Assembly (NCBI GenBank): GCA_964016885.1
Contig: OZ024740.1
Coordinates: forward strand, 53,382,001 to 53,446,000
DNA: 64,000 nucleotides
DNA from: Eledone cirrhosa
Taxonomy: Eukaryota
Reading direction: 5' to 3'
Part shown: one piece after another, positions 49,158-63,132 of the stretch
Position numbering within the stretch: position 1 is the stretch's first letter
Layout of the letters: each line of letters begins with the position of its first letter
Made by a program: the position numbers and the translations under genes
Notes under the pieces: generated by a model
The model's database searches: none
What the model was told of the DNA's origin: nothing
The model's input: only the letters and a program-made list of their open reading frames with translations

Positions 49158-49600
49158 TTCTCTCTTCCTTTCTCTCTCCCTTTTTTACTTTCTGTTTCTA
49201 TCTTTCTTTCTGTCACAATTTTCTTTTCTTTGTTCGGAGGTTTTCTAGATCCGCACTACTCTAGCCACTAGCCACTAGCCACCACCATCGTCATTGTCAT
49301 TGTCACCAGTATAGACAATAATAGCGATGCAAAATATAGGCTAAGTGATTAAATATATTCTTTCACGCATGAACATTCATATATTACTGGGTCATCGAAA
49401 CTTTTCATTTCTAAGGGCTCGAGAAATTTAATACCACACATATACACTATAAACACAAGCACACAGACACACACATACACTCACATACACCCTCCCCCCC
49501 ACACACAATTATATATATATATTATATACATTATGAAGAGAGAAGGAACATTTAGATATAATTAGTAATAAAATGTATCATACCTAAACTGCTCCTAGAT

Positions 49601-49690
49601 TCCTCGACTACGTAGTTTCGTGGCATAAACAAAAACAGTACATCATAAAGATATAGAGCCTTTGCGAGGTCTGCCGACTTATCAAGAGGA
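49601..49690 (-). ncRNA. Type I hammerhead with compensatory U3-A8 core
   Basis: UCCUC-UUGAUAA-GUCGGCA...UGCCAC-GAAA-CUACGUAG-UC/GAGGA. Confidence 0.8.
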
Positions 49691-50400
49691 TACCTCATTT
49701 TATAGCTTCAAGAACGCGTCTACACGACGTGAGAAAGAATCCCAAAAGGCGGAGGGGGAGATAGTCACGCGATATAACGGTCGAGAAACAGAGCTAAGCC
49801 TCCTATAACCTCGAAGAAAATACCACGGAGGCGGGGGGGGGGGGGGGGTATTTATATCGAATATATATATATTTAACGAAGGATGAAATAAGAAATTGTT
49901 ATAGGTATATGTGGATATTAGAAATGATTATAACAAGAATAATAGTTGAAATAACAATAATAATAAGAATAAATGTGTTTACTTCACGTGAATCAATCAA
50001 AAAGCACATAAAAACAGTTACCAAGAGTTGTTGATTGTGTTGTTGTTGTTGATGTGAAAACAGCGAGCAAACAGATAATGTTGTTGTTATTTGGAGTCCG
50101 TGGTTGTAATTGTGAGACCGTAGTGAGCAATAGAGAGTAATGGTTTGTATACCTCCGAATAGTCTGTAATTGGTTGTAAACCACTGTGGCTTGTACATGG
50201 TCTGTAGTAGTAGGGCTCAAATCTCTCTGTGTGTATCTGTAGACCTCATAGTGTCTGTGATAAGGCTGGTCGGCTCCTTGATGTACAGATTCAACTTATT
50301 TTTGCCATCTGAGCTAACTGAATCCACCTGCCTCCCGGTTCTGGAATAACACCTTAACCACTAAGCCACATGTAAGTAGGTAAATATGTCTGTCTGTATG

Positions 50401-51710
50401 TTCTTCAGGTTTTATAATTTCACAAAGTTTTACCAATAGAGAGAGAGTCGGTTTCTAACATAGACACAAGACTCTCTCATTGGAATTTACACAACATCAA
50501 CTAGGTAGATATGTATGTATGTATGCATGTGTAGATATGGATGTTATTGTATGTGTGGATGTGTATGTTTTGAGTTGTATGTGTGCATGTGTATATACTT
50601 TGCATCTGTATATGTGTATATGCAGTTATTAGATGCAACATTTTTGGAATGTTTTACATATTTTTACTGTTACATTAATGGATTGTACTTGTAATTTCCT
50701 AACTAGTTGTGTTCTTTCTGTTCCTGTGAACCCAAGCTTCTCAAGATTTGTATTGAGGCAGTTACTAACATACCCCACTGCCCCAATAATCACAGGCATA
50801 AATCTGAAGGTGTAATCAGGGTGGAGTATCTGCAGATTTCTCATCAGTTCTGCATAAATATTCTCCTTTTCACTAATCTTTGATATATTGGCATCTGCTG
50901 GGCTGCTAATTTCCACTACTGTGCATGCTTTCTTCTCCCTGTCCCATATCAGAATTTTGGTCTGTTATGCCTGCATTTTATTGGGGTTTTTACTGGAACA
51001 TTCCACCAGTACTCTTTCATATTATGTACATGGATGTCTTCCACATTGCTGTAGCTTTTAATGTGTTTATTATCGGGGCTATCTTTTTTACGAACTGCAT
51101 TGTATAGAGTTTTGGCACTATATCATGCCTCATAGGTAGATAGTACCGCGATGACATCTTTGGACAGCTGCTGATGACATGGGTGATATCTTCGTTGTTA
51201 GTTCTGCAGAGTCTGCACTTGTTATCACATCTAGGTGTTTCGCCTGTATCCCTATCTCTTTTGTGAATCAGGTATTTCGTGTTAATCTCCTGTTCCTGGA
51301 TTGCAAAAGCGTATCCTTCAAAGTGGGAGCCAATATAGCGGTTGTTGGTCCAAGATAGACTACTTTCCTTATCTATATTACTCTCACTCTGGAGCTTCCT
51401 GGCAACATATCCATGCATGATGTTTTGCTGATAAGTATGCAGTTTTTCATCCATGGATTCACTGCGATAGTGCTGAGCGACTTCCCTGGGTGTGAGTTTT
51501 TGATTATCACACAGGGAATATCTCTCGAGGAGTTTCTTCCCAACTCTCATGATCTTATCTGTTTCATGCAGATAGACTTGCTCGAGAAACGGGCTCCTAC
51601 GCTTCGAGGTTCGTAGATGTTGTCGGAGAGATATGATGCGACATTCAAATATTGTCTGGACTGATGTTAGGCCTCTGCCTCCCTGCTTACGTTTCAAGTA
51701 AAGGCGGTTT
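50401..51710 (-). mobile_element. R4/Dong-clade non-LTR retrotransposon 3' fragment (CCHC + restriction-like endonuclease)
   Basis: RKQGGRGL, MHGY, FAIQEQEINTK, CRLCRTNNEDITHVISSCP, RHD, ..EISSP...EKENIYAEL, FMPVIIGAVG. Confidence 0.88.
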
Positions 51711-51794
51711 ATGTATGTATGTATGTATGTATGTATGTATGTATGTATGTATGTATGTATGTATGTATGTATGTATGTATGTATGCATGTATGT

Positions 51795-52358
51795 ATGCAA
51801 CTTCTCTACGGTGAATTGTGTGAAGGAAAGTGACCCCACCCACACAAAAAAAAAAAGAAATGCGGTACCGGGATTGTATCAGGGGCACCTTGGTTTGTTT
51901 TGGAATTTCATCTGATGTATGGGAGAAAATGGGTGAGGAGCGTGTGAAGTGTAGATGTTGAAACTCGTCGAAGAAAACACCTAACACTGAAAAGGAAGGT
52001 GAGGAAAAGAGTCTGTTCTGAACTGCCTGATGTTGAGCAACATCTAGTTTGCCAGCACTGTTGTAGAGTCTGCCTGAGTAGAGCTGGTTTCATTAGACAT
52101 GAACAAAGTCATATCAGTAGACCTCAATGTAGATTATCTGAAAAGATGTAGGGAATGTGACAAGGAATGTGCAAGCATGGGAGGTCTTAAAAGACATGAG
52201 AACACAGTCAGAACCAAGCATTGGGACGTCGCAGAGTAGCCTACAGTTGCCATGTGTGTGCCACATGTGTGGTTGGTTTGAGGAGTCACATTCGTGCCTC
52301 ATATTTTTGATCATGTTATCAGGCGATGGCAATGCTTGAACACGAGTTTGTGACGTTC
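51795..52358 (+). mobile_element. RTE-like 3' fragment with C2H2 finger(s) followed by (ATGT)n
   Basis: WEKMGEER, then LVCQHCCRVCLSRAGFIRHEQSH (52044-52112) and a second CHMC finger remnant. Confidence 0.6.
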
Positions 52359-52444
52359 ATGTATGTATGTATGTATGTATGTATGTATGTATGTATGTAT
52401 GTATGTATGTATGTATGTATGTATGTATGTATGTATGTATGTAT

Positions 52445-54788
52445 GTACAACCTGTCTCATGGTCGGGTCGTTGGCGACTAAACTGGCAACCCCACCAAGG
52501 TTTCTTGGTGAGGAGGGTGACTTTGGACATCCTGCAGGACTAAAAACAAAACCTGTCAAAGGGCAAAGGAGCTCTTAAGAGTCAATGGCCATCCAAAATC
52601 ACCGGGAGAGATGACCCCTTAGCCTTTGTCAAGGCAGAATTTTAGGAGAAGGAAAACTCTGATATAACACCTGCAACCCTGATGGTATCCAATGATGTTG
52701 ACTTGTTCTTTTTGGTAAATATCATCTTGGTTAAGAGAGTGGGACTGGCTTTGTGCAGTGCCTTTGCTCACTATAAAAGCTTAACGGCACAGGCATTGCT
52801 TTATATCTGGAGATCTCTCTGCACTTGTCGTCACATGGTACCATGGGCCTAGCACTATGTGTCAATAATTGTCACAAGTGTAGTGTTTGTACCAGAGTTT
52901 TCAAGTCACTGGCTGGACTAAAAAGTCACACTCGTTTAGCGCATCAGTAGGGGTTCTCCTACATGGATATAAAGTAGTGGCCGTACTCGAAAACGAGTTG
53001 GCAGCCACCATGTATGTATGTATGTATGTATGTATGTATGTATGTATGTATGTATGTATGTATGTATGTATGTATGTATGTATGTATGTATGTATGTATG
53101 TATATTCTTCTGGTTTTATAATTTCACAAATTTTTGCCAATAGAGAAAGAGCCGTTTCTAATATAGACACAAGACTCTCTCACTGGAATTTAAACAACAT
53201 CAACTAGGTAGATATTCATGCATGTGTGTGCAGGTATGGATGTTTTTGTATGTGTGGATGTGTAGTTTTGAGTTGTAAGTGTGCATGTGCATATGCTTTG
53301 TATCTATACAAGTGTATATGAAGTTATTAGATGCAGAATTATTTGAATGTTTTACATATTTTTTCTGTTCCAATAATGCATTGTACTTGTAATTTCCTAA
53401 CTAGTTGTGTTCTTTCTGTTCCTTTGAAGCCTAGCTTCTCAAGAATTGTATTGAGGCAGTTGTTAACATATCCCAGTGCCCCAATAATCACAGGCCTAAA
53501 CCTGAATGTATAGTCAGGGTGGATTTCTGCACATTTTCCACTAGTTCTGCATAGATATTCTCCTTTTCGCTATTCTTTGATAGTATATTGGCATCTGTCG
53601 GACAGTTAACTTCCACTATTGAGCATGCCTTCTTTTCCCTGTCCCATATCATTATATCTGGTCTGTCATGCCTGCATTTTATTGGGGTTTTTACTGGAAC
53701 ATTCCAACAGTACTCTTTCATATTATGTATGTCTTCCACATTGCGATAGCTTTTCTACGGATATGTATGTATGTGTGTATGTGTCAGGTCGCTCTCGAGT
53801 GTTACTGGTAACATGTAACCCAGTACAACCTGTCTCATGGTCGAGTCGTCAGCGAGTAAACCCGCAACCCCACCAAGCTTGCTTGGTGAGGAGGGTGATA
53901 TTTGGACACCCTGCAGGATGAAATACAAGACCCAACAAAGGGCGGATGAACTCAACAGAACCAAGGGCCATCCACCTGGAAGTGAAATGCCCCCAGTTGT
54001 TGTCACAATACCTTTCTAAGAGCGAAACTCTAAAAAAAACAAAACCTGCGTCTTCGGAAACATCCAATGATGTTGATCAGTTCTATTTTTAGGGTAATGT
54101 TTGCGCTGCTCAGAGAGTGGGATTTGTTGAGTGCAAATTTAAAAAAAACCTTCAAAGCACAGGCATTACTTGTTCAGGATCCTTTATAGGTTCATGTGGC
54201 TGACCATAGCCTAAAAGTGCACCATTTTCCATAACCTGACAATCGAATGCAATACTCTTAGCAGAGTTTGCAGCCATGTTTGCATGTCAGGTCGCTCTCG
54301 AGTGCTACTGGCAACATTTAACCCAGTACAACCTGTCTCATGGTAGGGGCGTCGGCGACTAAACCGGCAACCCCACCAAGCTAGCATGGGGAGGAGCGTG
54401 ATATTTGAGCACCCTGCGGGATGAAATACAAGACCCGGAAAAGGGCGGAGGAACTCAGCAGAGTCAACGACCATCCAAATAGTATTCTTTTGTTGATTTT
54501 TTTCCACCTGGGAGTGAAAGGCTCCCAGTTGTTGTCACAACACCTTTCTAGGATAGGCAGACTCTGAAAAAAAAACTGCAGCTTCGGAAGCATTAGTGTT
54601 TTCAATGCTCAGAGAGTGGGATTGGTCGAGTGCAAGGCTTTTCCCCACTTTAAAACCTTCAAAGCACGCACAGGCATTACCTGTTCTGGGTCTGTAGCAG
54701 GTCTGTGTGGCTGGCGGTAACATAAAAGTGCACCAAACTCTATAATCTGACAAGCGATTGTAGTACTCTTAGCAGAGTTTGTAGCCAT
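52445..54788 (+). repeat. Three diverged copies of a non-coding repeat of about 500 bp (52445-53010, 53783-54280, 54286-54788)
   Basis: Shared TACAACCTGTCTCATGGT..GCGA.TAAAC..GCAACCCCACCAAG...AGAGTGGGA...GCACAGGCATT...GAGTT.G.AGCCA end. Confidence 0.85.
53105..53760 (-). mobile_element. Second R4/Dong-clade 3' fragment
   Basis: WNVPVKTPIKCRHDRPDIMIWDREKKACSIVEV. The 3' UTR is colinear with 50401-50630. Confidence 0.88.
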
Positions 54789-54801
54789 CATATATACATA
54801 C

Positions 54802-54924
<123 letters not shown>

Positions 54925-55289
54925 CACATATATATATATATATAAATTTCAAATGTGTGTATGTGTCAACGCAAATGAACATAATATTTGTTTCTACTTT
55001 TGGCACAAGGCCAGCAATTACTCAGTACATTATTGGAACTTTATTTTATCGACCCCGTAAGGATGAAAGGCAAAGTTAATGTCGGCGGGATTTGACCTCA
55101 GCTCGTAAAGGGACGTAACTATGCTGGAAAGCAAATGAACATAATAGTTGTTTCTACTTTAGGCACAAGGCCAGCAAATACCCAGTGGGGTACCTTACTG
55201 GTACTTTATTTTATCGACCCCGTAAGGATGAAAGGCAAAGTCAACCTCGAATAATAATAGTTGTTCACAATAAATAGTAGTTGAGAAAA

Positions 55290-56650
55290 GTACTCCCTGG
55301 AGACGAAATATATTCGACTTTAGACTGACAAAACAATTTGCGTACTTGGTGAGGTTCAACTGATAATTTCCTTCGAGGTAGCCTAGAGACCCTCCATTGT
55401 TCGAAGCACGTCTAGAATATTTCTTCCAGGATAGCTCACAGATCTGCCATCGCAGTGTGCATCACATCGTATAACCTCTTACATGGTAAGTCTTTCAATA
55501 GCATCTTCATTTTTGAGACTAACCAGAAGCCAGACGTTGCCGTGTTTTCATAGTATAGAGTCTGGCGAATGGGAGAAATAATTGTCTTTGCCAAGAAAAA
55601 TTGTATCAGCTCTAATCATTGAGTCTGGGCTTTGTCATGATACAGCTGCGAGTTTTGTGAAGCCCATAGGTCCGGTCTCCTGCACCAAATTACATTACGA
55701 GAATTTTCTGAGAGAACTCTTTTCTAACTGTTTGCTCTTCTGGTGTGTATTAGGGTTGCACAACGCACTGTAGTTAAATAAACTAGCTATTAATTTTGTA
55801 TCTCACCTGACGTGCCTGTGTGTGCTTTGTTTGGATGCTTCCATTGTGAGGACTGAGCATTGGCTTCTACGTTTTAAGCGTACGCCCATATCGCATCTCC
55901 AATTATCGTGGTATTCAAGAACTCGGTATTCTTATTGATAGTATAGGGCTTGCAAATATGCCCAGGCGGCGTAGATGTACTTTGTTTATCAATGTATCTG
56001 AAAGGTGTAGTATGATTAAAATAGTATTATTTTAGTTTGCACTAAAGCGTACCTATCTAAAGTTTCCGTTCGGTTTATTTATGTGATTCTATTGAGATAA
56101 CGTCAGCTACATCCACGATCCAGTCAACATCGCAAGCTCTGTTTAGTGAGGATGCTGGAATATTTCATTTGACTAGCTTACGGGTGATAAAAGTGTTCGT
56201 GTTGAAAGAGGAGTTCCAGGTAAACGCAATCCAGTTTGTATTGAGGATCTTCCTAAAACGATGTTTGAAAAAAAGGGTTTGTTTAAGGTGAATAATTGCT
56301 TAGTTATATTAGATTTAATATTAAAAGAGGACTGGGAGCGAAACTATATGATATTTACGAAAGGCATTGTCTTTGAGCGATGTGAATAAGTAGTATATAG
56401 CCTCTTATGTTTGATGCCATTGTAAGCTAAAGCGCCTGTATTGTTTGGAGAAAACTATATATTGTTTGAAAAAAAACAAGGGTGAAATCCTTGTACTTAT
56501 ATTGGTAACTAGATTTCTAAAGAATATGAATGGATAAAAGGAGTTTTTAGGTTAAATGTTCATTGAGATACATGAAGATTTATATGTGTCTGTTCCTAAT
56601 TTAATGTAACATCTGAGAAGTCAAAAATGTTAACATTCGTGGTGACGGTC
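55290..56650 (-). pseudogene. Highly decayed Naiad-type Penelope remnant
   Basis: Broken-frame matches FDFSDVTLN (VNFLDVTLN), NISTRIS (SISLRIS) and KHRFRKILN (HRYHKILN) occur in the expected order. Boundaries are approximate. Confidence 0.5.
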
Positions 56651-56693
56651 ATTTAACTATATATATATATAGCTCCATTATTATCATATTTAC

Positions 56694-56772
<79 letters not shown>

Positions 56773-57509
56773 CGCGTGCGTGCGTGCGTGCGTGCGTGTG
56801 GGTGTGTGCGTGTGTAATTGTTTGTAGCACTAAGACTGCGATTAAACATACTGGTGTTGTACAGTATATGAAAACATGTTTATTGACAATAAACATATGG
56901 GTAGCTTTGCTTTCAAGAAAAATATTTTTCGCAACGAAAACATGTCTTCTATTTTTCCTCGTGAGCATGTCACAGTTTTGTAAGCACAATCTGGAATGCC
57001 AGACAACGCTGTTTCAAGCTTTGTTGATATTACTGGGTACTAACATGGAAATGAACTAGAGTCTATACAGAATTTTGTACTATCAACATTTGCTTGAGAT
57101 GCTCATTTGCATATAGTGCAAACGAGGCAGAGACACTAAGATATCGTTTAAGCATAATAGAGGTGCATAAGAAAACATATGCTATATGTTCATATAAAAT
57201 AAACACATGGGAACACTCGTTATAAAAAATATATATATTTTTGTAAAGAAAAAGTTAAGGGAGAAAGACTGTCTGACAAACTAGACAGATCTATAGAATA
57301 GTTTTAGCTTTAATAGCAACACGAACTTGAAACTAAGTTATATATCAGAACTTACTGAAATGAATAAAGAACTTGAAAATCTTTCATGTCTAAGATTATT
57401 ATGGGAATCCGAGATTTGTCTGTATTAATGTATGGGGTTTGTGCCTATGCATCTTCTCAATCACACACTATTTCTCCCGCTTTCCTGCTCTCACACTCAC
57501 TCTTATCTG

Positions 57510-57606
<97 letters not shown>

Positions 57607-57681
57607 GTTAAATACACATCTGTACATATACTCTACTTAACACACGGAAACACAAACACACATGCATATATACACTTGTAA

Positions 57682-57719
<38 letters not shown>

Positions 57720-58521
57720 CTATATATATATATATAAAGTCATATCTTTGAGTATATGTTATGTTACTTGTTGAATTTCGTAGATTCCAACGCTTCTCTC
57801 AGATTGATAGAGGCAAGTTAAAAGATTAAAGTTCGCAAGTCGTTTGAAGTGGGAACGGTTTAGCCTTTGTACTTTATTTTAGCGATACATTAAAAGGAAT
57901 GTAATCATGAAAGTAATAAATGTTAGCATTACATTTACCTGATATCCCCGCTCCGCATCGATTTTTTTTATTCTTTCGGTACAACTTTAAACTACCACAC
58001 CCCAAATGCCCCCCGGAGGTGGGGTGGAGGATTGACATCCGAATAGTTCATGTATTGCAACCAGTATAGATTTTTTACTTCTTAAAAGACGATGTTTCTT
58101 TACTTCATTTCTTGTTATATTTCTATACCTTCTCTTATTATTTCTCTCATTCTCTCTTTACATCTTTCTCTTTCTATCTTTCTTTCCTTCGGTCTTCCTT
58201 TCCTTCCTTCATCCTTTACTATGATTTTTCTGTTTGCTTTTTTATTTCTTTATTTTTCCATTCTCACATTCGTTATCTTATGCATATTTCGTTTTATATC
58301 ACGTTACTCTTGTAAAGTTGTTGGTTTTTGTGTTGTTGTTTAGCTCAATATCGATTTTCTCAATGTTTTCCGTATTTAATTGCATATTGTCGAATGTGCC
58401 CTCCTCTCTCTCAAGAATGATTTGATGAGAATTTAATAGCTCTTTCTTCTAGCATATCGATCAATCACATAGATCCTCCCTCGTTGTGTTCATGTCGGAT
58501 GTAGGTAGTTGATAATACAAG

Positions 58522-58570
58522 TACCGTATATACTCGCGTATACGTCGCCCCGGTAGATAGGTCGCATACC
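58522..58570. mobile_element. Solo Tc2/pogo-like terminal inverted repeat
   Basis: TA-CCGTATATACTCGCGTATACGTCGCCCCGGTAGATAGGTCGCA. No partner end was found. Confidence 0.45.
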
Positions 58571-59713
58571 ACTTTTCATTTAACAAATAGGCTATTTGCC
58601 ATTGACTATTTTAAAAATGACTTATGAAAGGACAGGGTCCATAACTTTTTTTTTCAGAATCATGCAAGTTTGTAGGATAAACCTCATCAGTCTGGTCACA
58701 TGGCCGGAATGCTTCACATGAAATGAACTCCACTGAACTCACACAAGAGGCAAGTGATGTTCATAAAGCGGATGAAGAATTAAGGCTTATTATTGTCGCT
58801 CTGATATAATTAATATCCCGAATCAACGCTTCCTATGGTTCATCAAATTATCAAGATCCAGGTTTATTTTCTCATATCAGAACAAATCATGGAACAGTCA
58901 ATTGTTTAGTTGTTGTTGTTGTTTTGTTATCTACTTCTTAATACAAATCGAATAGAGGAACAATCAAAGGCGTTCCAGGCCGCGAGTATCCAGTGTTACA
59001 CTATTCAATGAGTTACCATTTTTAACGAAGGTAATGAATAATTTAAGGGTGTTTAATTGCTATTTCTAGCAAATCGAGCGACCACATAGAGGATATCCGT
59101 TGATTGATTGTTTGGAACATTGTGTAAGAAGGTGCGTTAAATTTCGAAGGCAACATAATACAATATATAACATAATATAATTGTTTCTACTTTTGGCACA
59201 AGGCCAGCAATTATCACGGTGTATTACTGGTACTTTATTTTACCCACTCCGTAAGAATGAAAGGCAAAGTTAACCTCCTCGGGATTTGAACTCAGACCAT
59301 AAAGGGCCGTAACTCTATGTGTCAAAGCATGGCGCCCGACCCTCTATCGATACTGCCAATCCACCTATTAATCGATATTCAGGTTTTCTGAATGATGTTT
59401 ATGACTGGTCTCTTTTGAATATTGTATTTTCTATAATAAACATATAGTCAGAGGAAGAATGAGAGTGAAACTGCGTGTGAAAATGAAATACACGGAAGGA
59501 GATAAGTAGAGAGAAAAGGCGAGAGAAAGAGAGATAGAGAGAAAGGGAGAGATGAAGATGTACACACACATAAATATATCTACTCAGACATATGTGAACA
59601 CAAAAAAAATATGTAATTATATATAGTTATATTTTATACATTTGTAAAAACAAATTTGAGAAGTCTATCTTCTGCTGATATCTCCCCTTCTCTCTCTCAC
59701 ACACACTCTCACC

Positions 59714-59809
<96 letters not shown>

Positions 59810-59856
59810 TTTATATATATATATACATATTATATATATTTTATATATATATATAC

Positions 59857-59933
<77 letters not shown>

Positions 59934-61049
59934 TTTATATATATATATACATACATACAGGTATATATATTCGAATAGTTGCAATAAATGTACTCAAGGC
60001 CAGGTTGTAATGTACAACCGAGCTAGGGAATAAGTTTCCCAACCAAGAAGGCCGCATCAGAGTTTGAACTTAAATGCAGAGAACATCAGATGGTCTATGC
60101 CTGTAATTGAATTAACCATACTTTATCACAGTGGCTCGATAATTCTGCCTAATAATCAGGTTAATACTAAAAGTGTCTACAGAATACTCAATACTAAACC
60201 ACATATTCAATTTAAACAGAACATTTTGGTTTATGATATAACTAGAAAATATTATCGTCGAATTCACCAGATAATCAAAGTATCTTATTTATATAGCATA
60301 CATGATCTTGTTACGTTAGTTAATCTGCTATTGTAAAAAATTCCATGATTTCTGATGTTTTAGTGTGAAGTATAGCGGAATAAACCACTGACAGATTTTG
60401 ACTAGCAATTTAACGACCCCCCAGAGAATTAAATGAGAAAGTCAAGTCTAAAATTACTAATAATGACAATGATAATAATAATTGTTTCTACTTTTGGCAC
60501 AAGGCCAGCAAATACTCAGTACATTATTGGTACTTTATTTTATCGATCCCGTAAGGCAAAGTTAACCTCGACGGGATTTGAACTCAGACCGTAAGGGACG
60601 TAACTATGCTAGAAAGCATGGCGTCCAACCCTCTACCGATACTGCCAATTCATCGCCCTCTTGTTTTAAATAATAATAACAACAAGGGTTTCTATTTTAG
60701 GCTCAAGGCCAGCAATTGATGAAATTTTCATTATGGAATAAAATCGAAGAAATAATCGAAATGTTTAATTTAATGTTTCTATTTTAGGCAGACATTTGTG
60801 AAGAATGGAAAGTCCTCTATATTATTCCCAGTGCTAGTATTTTATTTACCGATTGAATCACATCGACAAAATTGAATCACAAAAAGAAAAAAAGGTATTG
60901 TGTTAAGCTGTAAATGACATTAACTGTGAAACAAAATTGAGGTCGAGAGAAATCTTTATCATATGGAAACAAGTTCGAATGTTACACTTTCAAAAACATT
61001 AACTCTAGATAGAAATCAAAGGCTATCAATATTTTCAACCAAACGAAAC

Positions 61050-61520
61050 AGACTCTTCTTCTTTGCCCACTTATTCCAGCAATTCTTTCCTGAGACATTC
61101 TAACCACATACCCATAGTATCGGAGCTATGATATCTCAATTCGCAGAAGTAGCAACTGTAGCTGGAGTCACTCTCTGATCTCCGAGTTACGCATTTTATC
61201 AAGTAATGTTACTCCAAACACTTCGGAGGAATCCCATTTCGGCCGCTTGTATTTTTGATCGTATTCTTTCGGTCATTACTCAAGATTCATGACCATTGGC
61301 AGGAAAACCGAATTGAAGACAGCGAATTTGGCTTTTACGCCTAGCTCCCTTCTTCTGATTACTGAATACTGAAACTAGCTCATTACTGCACCAGCTTTTG
61401 CAATTCTTGCACTTAATTCAGCCTCCTGCCATCCATCACTCGTGAACATTGAAATTCTCTACCTGCTTCAGTGGAATGCCATTCACATGTAGAGTGCACT
61501 ACGCAGGCTTTCTCGAGGGC
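61050..61520 (-). pseudogene. RTE-clade ORF fragment (post-RT region)
   Basis: VNGIPLKQVENF..FTSDG..ELSARIAKAGAVM..RELGVKAKFAVFNSVFLP..GHES*VMTERIRSKIQAAEMGFLR..GVTLLDKMRNSEIRE. Confidence 0.82.
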
Positions 61521-63132
61521 AAGAAACAAACTCTAGCTTTAAAAATCTTCATTAGGAATGAAATCGATTAGAGAGTCGAAATCGTTAACAAAGTGAAACC
61601 ATTTTATAAAGACTTATAAATTTATACATCTAAATATATGTAAGAACATTTTTAAATCAGGTATTTTTTCCGGGAGAAAATACTTTGTTGTACTTAGTCA
61701 CGGATATATATGCCTTAATATCGTCGGAATCAACGTTGTCTTCCATTCATTATCTGTTAATGAAATAAGTCACAGACTTGATATAGCCGACAATACCACC
61801 CGCTGAAGTTTATGGCGCTATACATTTCTGTGTTAGAAATTATATTAATTCTTTCTAAAAAAATAATTAGTTCTTCATAAAGTATCAGTAGGTTTGCTAT
61901 TTTTCAAAATTGTTATGATAGACACACACGATTTAATCATTTTCATGCAGTATAATGTGATTCCTTGCTTCAGTGAAATGAAATAAGTGCATAAAGAAGG
62001 ATATGGTAGTCATGCTTTTCTCAAGTACGTTAATAACATAAATGGGGATAGTTGGCTGGAATGAAGAACTAAAACCAATTCGTGATGTTAGCTTTCCGGA
62101 AGCTTAGAAATGCTCTCCATCGCTTTCTCCAAGTTCTTATATAATCTATCGGTTTTGTTGTGACTAAGCACGAAATACGATATCTTTGTGAAAATTTGAA
62201 GTGACATTATTTCTATTCTCAAGAGTGAAGAGAAATGGCTCTAAAGAAAGCTAGAAATATCGCTGTCATTTCGGAACAAAGATCTTATCTTTTATTACGT
62301 AGTTTTCCCCGTTTTTCCTTCTAAAAAGTTGGTGTGTAATATAGTGTATATTTTATTAAGAATAGAGTACATTAAAATAATCTTCTGATAAAGGATAAAA
62401 GAACTGAATGAAATTTGAAAAAAAAGTTTGCAGTCGCGATCGATCATTTTGAATCTGTTGTCTGCATATGTACCCTCCAACTCTATATTAACAATGCATA
62501 TTTTAACATTCTATTTTTGAAACAATAGTTTTACGTACATTTCTCAGTAATTTATTTCAACTACATTTCTTCTTTGTCATATTAGATTCCTGGTTTCTGC
62601 ATAATTCGTAGGTGGAAGCAACTGTCATAACAAATGCTGATCTTTAGCATTCGCAGTTTCTAAAAAGAAAAAAATTTATTTCAGTCTATTGTTTGCTTAA
62701 TTAGTAATTAAATCAAATAATTATGAAAGAAAATCGTCCATTTTTTGGGGTTTTCCATTTTAAATAGCATGTAGAAAGGCAATGTTTCCATTAATGTTTA
62801 TATATATGTTGGTCTTACAAACTTAGATGATAAAAAATAATCACGATTGGCGTATTTTTCTTTCCTATTTCAATGCAAACTTTTATCATGCATAGTAGTA
62901 AATAAAGAATTCTGAACTGGTTAATTCTATTGAAAATATATTATGGAAAGTTATTGTAAATCTCACTATTATTTTTACTTTGAATATGACGTTATGATTC
63001 TTTTCTTAATCTTCGTCTTTCTCACATACATCCTTTTAACATTGGTTCATTGTATTGTCTACAGACTGATGTCAGATGTTTGGAATTATTGTATTGATTT
63101 AGTAGTGAAATTATGAATGATTTAGTAGTGAA

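Noticed and set aside
58640-58700. Minus-strand CTGATGA...GAAA
   Set aside because: Stem II is not adjacent to GAAA, and there is no stem III.
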